From Flavobacteriales bacterium (GTDB lineage: Bacteria; Bacteroidota; Bacteroidia; Flavobacteriales_G; NORP312), in the NCBI GenBank assembly GCA_018669945.1, contig JABHTA010000026.1, positions 1 to 55,269 on the forward strand: a stretch of DNA of 55,269 nucleotides, read 5' to 3'. A program made the translations under genes and the position numbers. The notes beneath the pieces are model-generated. The model was not told the origin of the DNA. It saw only the letters and a list, made by a program, of their open reading frames with translations, and did no database searches. The number at the start of each line of letters is the position of its first letter. The first letter of the stretch is position 1. Positions 45,710-55,063 of the stretch are shown here, in pieces.

Positions 45710-45783
45710 TGGAGAATATCGGAATCGAACCGATTACCTCTTCACTGCCAGCGAAGCGCTCTAGCCAAGTGAGCTAATTCCCC
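45710..45783 (-). tRNA. tRNA-Ala (anticodon GGC)
   Basis: Hand-folded 74-nt cloverleaf. Acceptor GGGGAAT/ATTCTCC includes the G3:U70 Ala identity pair. Anticodon loop CTGGCAG. T-arm ATCGGTTCGATTCCGAT. Confidence 0.9.
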
Positions 45784-45831
45784 AAGTTCGCTGCTAATTT
45801 AGAAAATAATTTTGTCTGGAACAGCATTTAG

Positions 45832-45839
45832 TATATTTG
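45832..45839 (+). promoter_or_regulatory. Bacteroidota sigma-A -7 box (TATATTTG)
   Basis: Exact TAnnTTTG match, 21 nt upstream of the ATG at 45860. A second match (TAATTTTG) lies at 45807..45814. Confidence 0.3.
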
Positions 45840-45859
45840 GACATTTAAATAGTGAAACC

Positions 45860-46276
45860 ATGAGCGAATCAAAAGCACCAAAACCAATGGGCTTATACCC
45901 ATACGTTAAAAAAGCAGGAAACCTATTATTTTTATCCGGTGTTGGGCCACGCGCTTCGCAATCTGGAAGCGAAGAAGCAAATATTCCGGGATTGAAATAC
46001 GATAAAAATGGGAATTACGAAACTTTCGATTTCGAAGCGCAGTGCCATTCCGTTTTCGAAAACGTTAAATTAATACTTGAAGAAAATGGATCAAGTTGGG
46101 ATCAACTGGTTGATGTAACTACATTTTTAACCGACATGAAGAGGGATTTTAAGACCTATAACCGTGTTTACGCAGAATATTTTAATACAACCCAACCTTG
46201 TCGAACGACTGTTGAGGTAAATGCATTGCCTTCGCCTATTAGCATAGAGCTAAAGTGTATTGCTGAAATAAACTAA
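45860..46276 (+). CDS. RidA/YjgF family protein
   Basis: GLYPYVKKAGNLLFLSG and the C-terminal CRTTVEV..LP....IELKCIA are RidA-like. The ATG at 45860 is preferred over the TTG at 45812. Confidence 0.85.
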   Translation: MSESKAPKPMGLYPYVKKAGNLLFLSGVGPRASQSGSEEANIPGLKYDKNGNYETFDFEAQCHSVFENVKLILEENGSSWDQLVDVTTFLTDMKRDFKTYNRVYAEYFNTTQPCRTTVEVNALPSPISIELKCIAEIN

Positions 46277-46659
46277 AATACCATTAAAGATTTTCCTTTT
46301 AGCCACCTAATTGCCTCTTCTTCATCTGTAAATAACTTTGTTGGTGTACTGGGGCGATTAAATTTTATGAAAAAATTAACCACCAATTTATGCGCCAAGC
46401 TGTCGGTTACAAAAGCCAATGAGGTTCTGTTTTTACTCAACTCCTTATTTGCCGCTAACTCTCTTGCTTCGGGGCTAACATTTGTATACTTTCCAATAAT
46501 AACCAAAAGAGAATATTTGCTTCCCTCAGACAATTTCTGATTAGCCTTATATATTTCATCAATGTGGTGTACTTCGATATCTGCACGATCGTTTAACTGA
46601 AGTCGGATAATTCCTTCATAAACACTTAACTTCCCAACAGTTATCTCATAAATATCCAT
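46273..46659 (-). CDS. small hypothetical protein (STAS/SpoIIAA-like fold suspected)
   Basis: About 128 aa with no signal peptide. The C-terminal F.DEEEAIRWLK resembles STAS-like DUF proteins. ATG at 46659. The family assignment is inference only. Confidence 0.5.
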   Translation of the reverse strand: MDIYEITVGKLSVYEGIIRLQLNDRADIEVHHIDEIYKANQKLSEGSKYSLLVIIGKYTNVSPEARELAANKELSKNRTSLAFVTDSLAHKLVVNFFIKFNRPSTPTKLFTDEEEAIRWLKGKSLMVF

Positions 46660-46748
46660 CCTGTTCAAATATAAAAAAATATATGTAACAATAGGATTCG
46701 ATAATTAAATCTAAGCTAGTCAACAGATTTATTTCCTTCTAATTTATT

Positions 46749-46756
46749 TACTTTTG
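46749..46756 (+). promoter_or_regulatory. Bacteroidota sigma-A -7 box (TACTTTTG)
   Basis: Exact TAnnTTTG match, 23 nt upstream of the ileS ATG. Confidence 0.3.
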
Positions 46757-46778
46757 CCCCGGTTTAGCAGAATAATAT

Positions 46779-49700
46779 ATGGGAAAATACACTGAATATA
46801 AAGAATTAGATTTGCCAGCGTTAGCTGATAAAACGTTGACTTGGTGGGAAGAGCACCAAATATTCGAAAAAAGTATCTCGACCCGTGACGAAAACAAGCC
46901 TTTTGTGTTTTTTGAGGGGCCTCCTTCCGCTAATGGCCTCCCTGGTATTCACCATGTAATGGCAAGGGCTATAAAAGACATTTTTTGTCGCTATAAAACC
47001 CTTAAAGGATACCAAGTAAACCGTAAAGCTGGTTGGGACACACACGGATTGCCCGTTGAGTTAGGTGTAGAAAAGGAACTAGGTATTACCAAAGAAGACA
47101 TCGGTAAAAAGATTTCAGTTGATGAATACAACAAGGCTTGCCGTGCGACTGTAATGCGGTATACTGATGTTTGGAACGACCTTACGCGAAAAATGGGGTA
47201 TTGGGTAGATATGAATGACCCATACATTACCTACGAAAACAAATACATGGAGTCTGTTTGGCATCTACTTAAAAAACTCTACAACAAAGATTTAATTTAC
47301 AAAGGGTACACTATACAGCCTTACTCTCCTGCTGCAGGTACTGGTTTGAGTACGCATGAGCTAAACCAGCCAGGGTGCTACAAAGATGTTACTGACACTA
47401 CGGTAGTGGCTCAATTCAAGATTAAAGAAAACGATATACTTCCTGAAAATACTTACTTTATTGCATGGACGACTACACCTTGGACATTGCCTTCTAATAC
47501 GGCTTTGTGTGTGGGACCGAAGATTGATTATGTTTTAGTAAGAACTTTTAATCAATATACTTTTAGACCTGTTAACCTCATTCTTGCAAAATCATTAGTT
47601 TCAAAACAACTCAATGGCAAATACACAGCTGTTGAAACAGAAGCTGATCTGAACTTTGCAGAAGGCGACAAAAACATACCCTATATAATTACAAAAGAAT
47701 TTATTGGAACTGATATAGTCGGTATTGAGTATGAACAATTAATACAATACGCATTGCCGTATGAAACCCCTGAAAATGCATTTAGAGTAATTTCTGGCGA
47801 TTTTGTTACAACAGAAGATGGTACTGGGATTGTCCATATCGCACCCACTTTTGGTGCAGATGATTCAATGGTAGCAAAAGCTGCTGGAATTCCCCCAATG
47901 CTTGTGTTAGATAAAAACGATAATGCAGTTCCTCTTGTTGATTTACAAGGAAAATTTAGAGCTAATTTATCAGATGTTGGTGGTAAATTCGTCAAAAACG
48001 AATATTACAAAGATGGTGAGGCTCCGGAACGATCTGTTGATGTTGAAATAGCCATTAAGCTAAAGGAAGAAAACAAGGCGTTTAAGGTAGAAAAGTACGT
48101 TCACAGTTACCCTCATTGCTGGAGAACAGATAAACCTGTACTTTACTACCCTATGGACTCTTGGTTTATCAAAGTTACCAAAATGAAAAAGAGAATGGTG
48201 GAGTTAAACAATACCATTAATTGGAAGCCAAAAGCAACTGGCACCGGTCGATTTGGAAACTGGCTTGATAATGCTAATGATTGGAACCTTTCTCGCTCAC
48301 GTTATTGGGGAATTCCAATTCCAATATGGAGAACAGAAGACGGAACGGAAGCAATTTGTATAGGCTCGGCCGAGGAGCTAAAAAACGAATGTAAAAAGGC
48401 TGTTGATGCTGGATTGATGGACGCAAGTCCGCTAGCTAAATTCGACCCAACAAACATGTCTGATGAAAACTATAACACGTTTGATTTACACAAAAACTAC
48501 GTAGACCAAATCACGTTAGTGTCCTCAACAGGACAGCCAATGAAACGTGAATCTGACCTTATTGATGTTTGGTTCGATTCTGGCTCTATGCCATACGCGC
48601 AGTGGCACTATCCTTTCGAAAACAAGGAGTTAGTTGAAGGGAATAAATCTTACCCTGCAGACTTTATTGCAGAAGGTGTTGACCAAACACGAGGTTGGTT
48701 TTATACGCTTCACGCAATTAGCACAATGTGTTTTGACTCCGTAGCATATAAAAATGTGATCTCCAACGGGTTGGTCCTCGATAAGGGTGGTCAAAAAATG
48801 TCGAAACGCCTAGGTAATGCGGTTGACCCTTTCAAAACATTAAATACTTACGGGCCAGATGCGACTCGCTGGTATATGATCACCAATGCACAACCATGGG
48901 ATAATCTTAAATTTGATTTAGATGGAATTACAGAAACCCAGCGTAAATTCTTCAGGGCCCTGCACAATACCTATTCCTTCTTTGCACTATACGCCAATAT
49001 AGATGGTTTTGCATATAAAGAAACAGAAATTGACTTGGCGAAGCGGCCAGAAATTGACCGATGGATTGTCTCTAAATTAAACAGTTTAGTTAAAGAAGTA
49101 GATAACAGCTACAATGGCTACGAACCAACAAAGGCAGGCCGAGCTATTCAAGAATTTGTGGTTGATCACCTCAGTAATTGGTATGTCCGTTTGTGCCGCA
49201 GACGGTTCTGGAAAGGCGATTATACAGAAGACAAAATAGCCGCTTATCAAACGTTATATACTTGTTTAGAAGTTGTTTCAAAATTGGCTTCACCAATCGC
49301 GCCTTTTTATACTGACAATCTTTTTAAAGATTTAAATTCTATTTCACAGAAAGACAGCTCAGAATCCGTTCACTTAACAAACTTCCCCAAAGTTGTTGAA
49401 CGAAATATTGATGCTGATTTAGAAGTAAGGATGGATTATGCTCAGAAAATATCTTCCATGGTTTTATCTTTACGTAAGAAAGAGACAATCAAAGTTCGTC
49501 AGCCATTACAGAAGATTATGGTTCCAGTATTAGACGCGAAATTCCAACCGCAAGTTGAAGCTGTTAAAGATTTAATTCTATCAGAAGTTAATATCAAGGA
49601 AATTGAATTTTTGACAGACACTTCAGGTGTAATGACTAAAAACATTAAACCTAACTTTAAGACAATTGGGCCTAAATATGGTAAACATATGAAATCTATT

Positions 49701-50168
49701 GCTGGAATAATTAGTCAGTATGGCCCTGACGAAATTTCTAATGTTGAAAAAAATAATGGAATTGAGTTTGAAATCAATGGCAACAACATTTCTTTAGAGC
49801 TCGAAGATTTTGAGATTACATCACAAGACATTCCAGGGTACTTAGTGGCTAGCGAAGGTGGGATTACGGTAGCTTTAGACATCACAATTACATCAGGATT
49901 AAAAGAAGAAGGTATCGCTAGAGAATTTATTAATCGTATTCAAAACCTTAGAAAAGATAATGGTTTTGATGTTGTTGATAAGATTGGTATTAAAATTTTG
50001 ACAAACGAACAAATAAATGCTGCAATTACTAACAATAAAAAATATATTTGTGACGAAACATTAGCTTCATCATTAGAGGTCGTTGATGAGGTTAATGCCT
50101 CCTTATCTCTTGAAGTTGAATTTGAAGAAGGAATAAATACATACATCTCGATAGAAAAATTAAACTGA
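46779..50168 (+). CDS. ileS: isoleucine--tRNA ligase (long, about 1130-aa form)
   Basis: PPSANGLPGIHHVMAR (HIGH class), KMSKRLGN (KMSKS), and the CP1 editing domain. Confidence 0.95.
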   Translation: MGKYTEYKELDLPALADKTLTWWEEHQIFEKSISTRDENKPFVFFEGPPSANGLPGIHHVMARAIKDIFCRYKTLKGYQVNRKAGWDTHGLPVELGVEKELGITKEDIGKKISVDEYNKACRATVMRYTDVWNDLTRKMGYWVDMNDPYITYENKYMESVWHLLKKLYNKDLIYKGYTIQPYSPAAGTGLSTHELNQPGCYKDVTDTTVVAQFKIKENDILPENTYFIAWTTTPWTLPSNTALCVGPKIDYVLVRTFNQYTFRPVNLILAKSLVSKQLNGKYTAVETEADLNFAEGDKNIPYIITKEFIGTDIVGIEYEQLIQYALPYETPENAFRVISGDFVTTEDGTGIVHIAPTFGADDSMVAKAAGIPPMLVLDKNDNAVPLVDLQGKFRANLSDVGGKFVKNEYYKDGEAPERSVDVEIAIKLKEENKAFKVEKYVHSYPHCWRTDKPVLYYPMDSWFIKVTKMKKRMVELNNTINWKPKATGTGRFGNWLDNANDWNLSRSRYWGIPIPIWRTEDGTEAICIGSAEELKNECKKAVDAGLMDASPLAKFDPTNMSDENYNTFDLHKNYVDQITLVSSTGQPMKRESDLIDVWFDSGSMPYAQWHYPFENKELVEGNKSYPADFIAEGVDQTRGWFYTLHAISTMCFDSVAYKNVISNGLVLDKGGQKMSKRLGNAVDPFKTLNTYGPDATRWYMITNAQPWDNLKFDLDGITETQRKFFRALHNTYSFFALYANIDGFAYKETEIDLAKRPEIDRWIVSKLNSLVKEVDNSYNGYEPTKAGRAIQEFVVDHLSNWYVRLCRRRFWKGDYTEDKIAAYQTLYTCLEVVSKLASPIAPFYTDNLFKDLNSISQKDSSESVHLTNFPKVVERNIDADLEVRMDYAQKISSMVLSLRKKETIKVRQPLQKIMVPVLDAKFQPQVEAVKDLILSEVNIKEIEFLTDTSGVMTKNIKPNFKTIGPKYGKHMKSIAGIISQYGPDEISNVEKNNGIEFEINGNNISLELEDFEITSQDIPGYLVASEGGITVALDITITSGLKEEGIAREFINRIQNLRKDNGFDVVDKIGIKILTNEQINAAITNNKKYICDETLASSLEVVDEVNASLSLEVEFEEGINTYISIEKLN

Positions 50169-50170
50169 AA

Positions 50171-50545
50171 ATGGGGAAAAAAACAAGATTCGCAGACGCG
50201 GAATTAGCTGAGTTTAAAGAAATTATTTTAGTTAAATTAGAAGAGGCTAAAAAAGATTTTGAGTTACTAAAAAGCACTATGTCGCATGAGGATGATCATG
50301 GCACTGATGATACTTCTCCTACTTTCAAGTTTATGGAAGATGGTTCTGACACTCTTTCTAGAGAGGAAACAGCTCAGCTTGCGGGTCGTCAATCTAAGTT
50401 TATTCAACATCTAGAAAACGCTCTAGTTCGTATACAAAATAAGACGTACGGGATTTGCCGTGTAACTGGGGAATTAATATCAAAGGAGCGCTTAAAAATT
50501 GTTCCTCATGCTACTTTGAGCATTGAAGCGAAGAGAGCTCAATAG
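50171..50545 (+). CDS. TraR/DksA family transcriptional regulator
   Basis: 124 aa with a coiled-coil N-terminus and a C-terminal YGICRVTGELISKERL zinc-finger-like segment. The ileS-dksA-lspA order is conserved. Confidence 0.8.
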   Translation: MGKKTRFADAELAEFKEIILVKLEEAKKDFELLKSTMSHEDDHGTDDTSPTFKFMEDGSDTLSREETAQLAGRQSKFIQHLENALVRIQNKTYGICRVTGELISKERLKIVPHATLSIEAKRAQ

Positions 50546-50560
50546 TCAAATCATAAAACT

Positions 50561-51256
50561 GTGAGGCTGCCCCTCCTAATCGTTTTTTTAGTTCTAATTC
50601 TTGACCAAACACTTAAGATTTGGGTGAAGACTAATATGTATATTGGTGAAGAATTTAGTGTTCTTGGTGATTGGTTTATTATTCATTTTGTAGAAAATCC
50701 TGGTATGGCCTTCGGGCTTGAGTTGGGCGGCTCATATGGCAAAATAGCGCTTAGTCTTTTTAGAGTCTTTGCCGTTATCGGGTTAGGTTATTACATGTGG
50801 TCTTTGGTTAAAGAGAAAGCTCCAAAAGGAGTTATCATCAGTTTTGCGCTGATTACAGCTGGCGCATTAGGAAACATTATCGATAGTGCTTTTTACGGAA
50901 TACTTTTTAATAAGGGAACTATTTACAGCAATGAAATTGGGGATTGGATGCGTTATCACGGTATTGCTGAAATGAATATGGATGGCTATGCCAATCCGTT
51001 TTGGGGTTGTGTTGTCGATATGCTTTACTTTCCACTAATTGAGGGATATTTTCCTGATTGGCTCCCTGTATTGGGAGGAGACTACTTCCTGTTTTTTAGA
51101 CCTGTTTTTAACATCGCTGATGCCGCAATTAGTATTGGGGTTGGAGTGTTGATTCTCTTCTATAGAAATTTTTACATAGAAGAGAAAAAGAAAGAAAAAG
51201 AAATATCGGAAGATCAATCTGCAGTAATTCAAGAAACAACTGCTGTTTCAGAATAG
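50561..51256 (+). CDS. lspA: lipoprotein signal peptidase (signal peptidase II)
   Basis: LDQ.LKIWV, GALGNIIDS and FNIADAAISIG motifs. GTG start. Confidence 0.85.
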   Translation: MRLPLLIVFLVLILDQTLKIWVKTNMYIGEEFSVLGDWFIIHFVENPGMAFGLELGGSYGKIALSLFRVFAVIGLGYYMWSLVKEKAPKGVIISFALITAGALGNIIDSAFYGILFNKGTIYSNEIGDWMRYHGIAEMNMDGYANPFWGCVVDMLYFPLIEGYFPDWLPVLGGDYFLFFRPVFNIADAAISIGVGVLILFYRNFYIEEKKKEKEISEDQSAVIQETTAVSE

Positions 51257-52717
51257 TTTTTTTATCTCATTTTTAGTTACCTTACCTAATACATTTCTAG
51301 GAAGCTCATTTAGAACTATTAACCGTCTAGGAATTTTATATGGCGCCATTTTATCCTTTGCCCAATCTTGCAAGGTTAAAAGTTGAACGTTAAACGTTGA
51401 CACCACTCCTGCTGCTACTATTTCTCCCCATTCTTCGTCCGCGATTCCAACCACGGTGCATTCATCAATTTCAGGGTGATCGAGTAATTTGCTTTCAATC
51501 TCCAGAGCTGATATTTTATATCCACCAGATTTAATAATATCAACTGAATTTCTGCCTAAAATTTTGTAATAGCCATTTACTAAAATAGCAGAGTCCCCCG
51601 TTTTAAACCACCCGTCTTCCGTAAAGCTATCTTTAGTTTCTTGTGGTTTATTCCAATATTCTTTGAAAACGGAGGCTCCTTTTATCTGAATTTCTCCTTG
51701 CTCATGTACTGTTTCAATTACGTCCCCTATCTCGTTAACTATACGAACGATAACATCAGGCAAAGGTGTGCCAATATATCCTGCTCTTCTCTCCCCACTA
51801 TAAGAATTAGCAATCGCCATGCCAATTTCAGTCATTCCATAGCGCTCCAGCAATCGATGTCCCGATATGCTTTCCCATTTATCCAAAACGGATACGGGCA
51901 ACGCAGCAGAACCACTTACCATTAATCGCAAATTTTTGCAGCCTTTAAAAAGTTCTTTTTGTTTTACACCTGTTTGCTCCTCCCAAAAGGCAATAAGCTT
52001 TGAGTAGATGGTCGGAACAGCCATAAACAAAGTCATTTTTCCTTCAGAAAAACGATTCCAAACCGTTTCGGCATCAAACTTAGGTAAGAACTCACATGTT
52101 GCCCCAACCGACATTGCACATAATAATTTATTGACCAACCCATGCGTATGATGTAAGGGTAAAACATGAAGAATATGATCCTCAAAAGTCCAGCGCCATG
52201 AGCAAACTAGCGAATGAATAGTCGCGTTTAGACTTTGATGCGTATGAAGAACCCCTTTAGGTCTGCTTGTTGTCCCGCTTGTGTATAGTATTAGTGAAGG
52301 GTCTTGGGCAACAAGGTTTGGGTGTTGAGGGTTAATTGTTATGGGTTCAATATCTAAAATAGAAACTAATTGCGGACCATTCAATTGAACAACTTGACCC
52401 AAGAATTCTTCTCCATATACAACCCTTTTTGTCTGCGAATCGTCAATAACATATTGCCATTCGTCAACTGGATGAATCGTACAAAGCGGAACTGCAATGG
52501 CCCCTAATTTCCAAATAGCAAAAAGAGTAGCAACAAAATCAAATTCTGGAGCGATTAAAAAAGCAATTCTGTCTCCTTTTTTCGTTCCTGTTTTCAATAA
52601 GTAGTTAGCAATGCAGACCGATCGATCGTTTAATTCCGAATATGAATATTTACCTCTGCAATCAATTATTGCCGTTTTATTTCGAAAATATTCAAGGTTT
52701 TGAAATACTAATTTCAC
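51248..52717 (-). CDS. AMP-dependent acyl-CoA synthetase/ligase
   Basis: AMP-binding motifs LYTSGTTSRPKGV, YGMTE and TGD. GTG start. Substrate not assignable. Confidence 0.85.
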   Translation of the reverse strand: MKLVFQNLEYFRNKTAIIDCRGKYSYSELNDRSVCIANYLLKTGTKKGDRIAFLIAPEFDFVATLFAIWKLGAIAVPLCTIHPVDEWQYVIDDSQTKRVVYGEEFLGQVVQLNGPQLVSILDIEPITINPQHPNLVAQDPSLILYTSGTTSRPKGVLHTHQSLNATIHSLVCSWRWTFEDHILHVLPLHHTHGLVNKLLCAMSVGATCEFLPKFDAETVWNRFSEGKMTLFMAVPTIYSKLIAFWEEQTGVKQKELFKGCKNLRLMVSGSAALPVSVLDKWESISGHRLLERYGMTEIGMAIANSYSGERRAGYIGTPLPDVIVRIVNEIGDVIETVHEQGEIQIKGASVFKEYWNKPQETKDSFTEDGWFKTGDSAILVNGYYKILGRNSVDIIKSGGYKISALEIESKLLDHPEIDECTVVGIADEEWGEIVAAGVVSTFNVQLLTLQDWAKDKMAPYKIPRRLIVLNELPRNVLGKVTKNEIKKLF

Positions 52718-52739
52718 AAAAGCAAAGTAACAGAATACT

Positions 52740-53528
52740 TTGATTAACTACTTTTATTCCGTGAAGAAATACTACTACCTTGTCCATATACAATACCTCG
52801 GTTTTCGCTTTCACGGGTGGGCGAAACAAACGAACCTAAAAACCGTTCACCAGATGATTGACAAAACACTTTCGTTTGCTTTGGAACACAATAATTTCAA
52901 AACCTTCGGAGCGAGCAGAACCGATGCGCTAGTTTCTGCAAATCAATCTGCTTTTGAGCTGTTTATGACCCAGCCAATCCCTAGCAATTTTCTTGAGATT
53001 TTTAATAAAAACTTACCGCAAGACATTCGTGGTATGCAAGTGGAAGAGGTTGACGAATCATTTAACATTATCCAAACTCCCAAGCTGAAAGAATATATTT
53101 ACCTTTTCTCTTTCGGAGAAAAAGTACACCCTTTTTCCGCTTCAATGATTTCATCATTTACATATGATTTAGATATTGAATTGATGAAGCAAGGCGCTGT
53201 TTTGTTTCAAGGCAATCATGATTTCAAAAAATATTGTACACAACCCAAAAATAACACGCAATTCGACCGCGAAGTCTTGGTTAGTGTGATAAGAGAAAAT
53301 GACATTTATACTGCGAATTTTTTTCCGAAAAAAAGCTACGCCTATCACATTCATAGTAAAGGATTTATGCGTAACCAAATTCGCCTTATGATGGGGCAGT
53401 TACTTTTACTAGGTCAACACAAAATTTCTATTCTTCAATTACAAAAATCATTGGAGTCACCAGATAAATCTCCTCTAGATTTTATTGCTCCCCCTTCAGG
53501 TTTGATTCTGAATTCAGTAATTATCTAG
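52740..53528 (+). CDS. truA: tRNA pseudouridine synthase A family protein (divergent)
   Basis: Y.G..FHGW, GASRTDALVSA (catalytic Asp), G.HDFKKYC and FMRNQIRLMMG. The start is uncertain (TTG 52740 or GTG 52761). Confidence 0.7.
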   Translation: MINYFYSVKKYYYLVHIQYLGFRFHGWAKQTNLKTVHQMIDKTLSFALEHNNFKTFGASRTDALVSANQSAFELFMTQPIPSNFLEIFNKNLPQDIRGMQVEEVDESFNIIQTPKLKEYIYLFSFGEKVHPFSASMISSFTYDLDIELMKQGAVLFQGNHDFKKYCTQPKNNTQFDREVLVSVIRENDIYTANFFPKKSYAYHIHSKGFMRNQIRLMMGQLLLLGQHKISILQLQKSLESPDKSPLDFIAPPSGLILNSVII

Positions 53529-53638
53529 CATTTCTGCTTAAAATTGGCCATCTTTAGTGTTTTTTATTCATTTATTACCGTTTTTTGGCAAAATCAATTT
53601 TTTTACAATGTCAGCGAGAATAAAATATCCTTACAACG

Positions 53639-53809
53639 ATGTATTCAATAATCGATATAGAAACAACAGGCTTTGGCTCCTCTAGAAACAAAATAACTGA
53701 TATTTCTATTTTGTACATGATGATGAAAAAGGGGGTAAACGAATTTCAATCGCTTGTAACCCCCGAGTGTAAAATAAGCGAATTACCAAACAGAATAAAG
53801 AAAGCCTGA
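53639..53809 (+). pseudogene. 56-codon stub of a DnaQ-like 3'-5' exonuclease
   Basis: MYSIIDIETTG carries the Exo I motif D-x-E-T-T-G, followed by ITDISI...EFQSLVTPE as in epsilon-like exonuclease domains. It stops after 56 codons, 7 nt before the asd stop. It falls below the 60-aa cutoff of the ORF track. Confidence 0.45.
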
Positions 53810-53816
53810 GGCATAG

Positions 53817-54806
53817 CTAATAGATCCTATTCTCCATCAAATACTCTGCAATCTGTACAGCATTGGTTGCAGCGCCTTTTCTAAGGTTATCAGAAACCAC
53901 CCACATATTTAATGTGTTGTGTTGAGAAAAATCTCTTCTTAAACGACCAACAAAAACCTCATCTTTACCTTTAGCATATAAAGGCATTGGGTATAAGTTT
54001 ACATCTGGGTTATCTTGTACTTTTACCCCTGGTGTTTTTGCCAAAAGCTGGGTTACTTCGATTAGGTCGAAATCTTTTTTTAATTCAACATTAATAGCTT
54101 CTGAATGCCCTCCACTTACCGGCACACGCACAACCGTAGCAGTAATCGCAATATCATTGGCTCCTAAAATCTTACGTGTTTCGTCTACCAGTTTTTGCTC
54201 TTCGGTAGTATATCCATCTTCTTGAAAATCTCCTCCGTGGGGTAAACAATTCATATCTATTGAATATGGGTAGGCCTTTTCGCCTGATTTGCCCTGCCGC
54301 TCGTTATTCATTTGCTCAACAGCCTTAATTCCCGTGCCACTAACAGATTGATAGGTCGAAATGACCAATCGTTTGATCCCGTAATGTTTATGCAGCGGCA
54401 ATAGCGCTAAGACCATCTGGATCGTACTACAGTTAGGATTCGCAATAATTTTGTCTGAAGCGGACAGCTGGTCTGCATTTATTTCTGGGACAATCAATTT
54501 CTTGGTTTTATCCATTCGCCAAGCAGACGAATTATCAATAACAGTAGTGCCTACAGCAACAAATTTTGGCGCCCACTCTATTGATGTGTTCCCGCCCGCC
54601 GAAAGTATTGCAATGTCCGGCTGCGCGGCAACTGCATCCGCCAATCCGATAATCTTATAGCTCTTGTTGTTGAATTGAATATCCTTACCGACAGATCGTT
54701 CTGAGGCAACAAATAGGTACTCGTCAACCGCTAACTTTCGTTCAGCTAAAACTTGCAACATTACATTACCCACCATTCCCGTAGCTCCTACAACTGCTAA
54801 TTTCAT
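53817..54806 (-). CDS. asd: aspartate-semialdehyde dehydrogenase
   Basis: VVGATGMVG Rossmann motif, NPNCSTIQM with the active-site Cys, and SGGHS. Confidence 0.95.
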   Translation of the reverse strand: MKLAVVGATGMVGNVMLQVLAERKLAVDEYLFVASERSVGKDIQFNNKSYKIIGLADAVAAQPDIAILSAGGNTSIEWAPKFVAVGTTVIDNSSAWRMDKTKKLIVPEINADQLSASDKIIANPNCSTIQMVLALLPLHKHYGIKRLVISTYQSVSGTGIKAVEQMNNERQGKSGEKAYPYSIDMNCLPHGGDFQEDGYTTEEQKLVDETRKILGANDIAITATVVRVPVSGGHSEAINVELKKDFDLIEVTQLLAKTPGVKVQDNPDVNLYPMPLYAKGKDEVFVGRLRRDFSQHNTLNMWVVSDNLRKGAATNAVQIAEYLMENRIY

Positions 54807-55063
54807 TCCTTTCGTGTTTATTTTTTACCTATCAAGGTTCCAAATACAAATTATAATAATGCTTAGAATATCTCCCGCTTTATCGCTTTGATATTTTTTA
54901 ATTCAATCGAAACGTATACCAAAGCTATGAATATTTCATTTGCCAACCATTAGAAGGTCAACTCACATTAATGCTTAAAGCTAAAAGAAAAGTCACAATT
55001 GGTATTTGCTGCCGATATTCTCATTAGAGAGAAAATAACACTTGACTATAACGAGGGCCTTTT

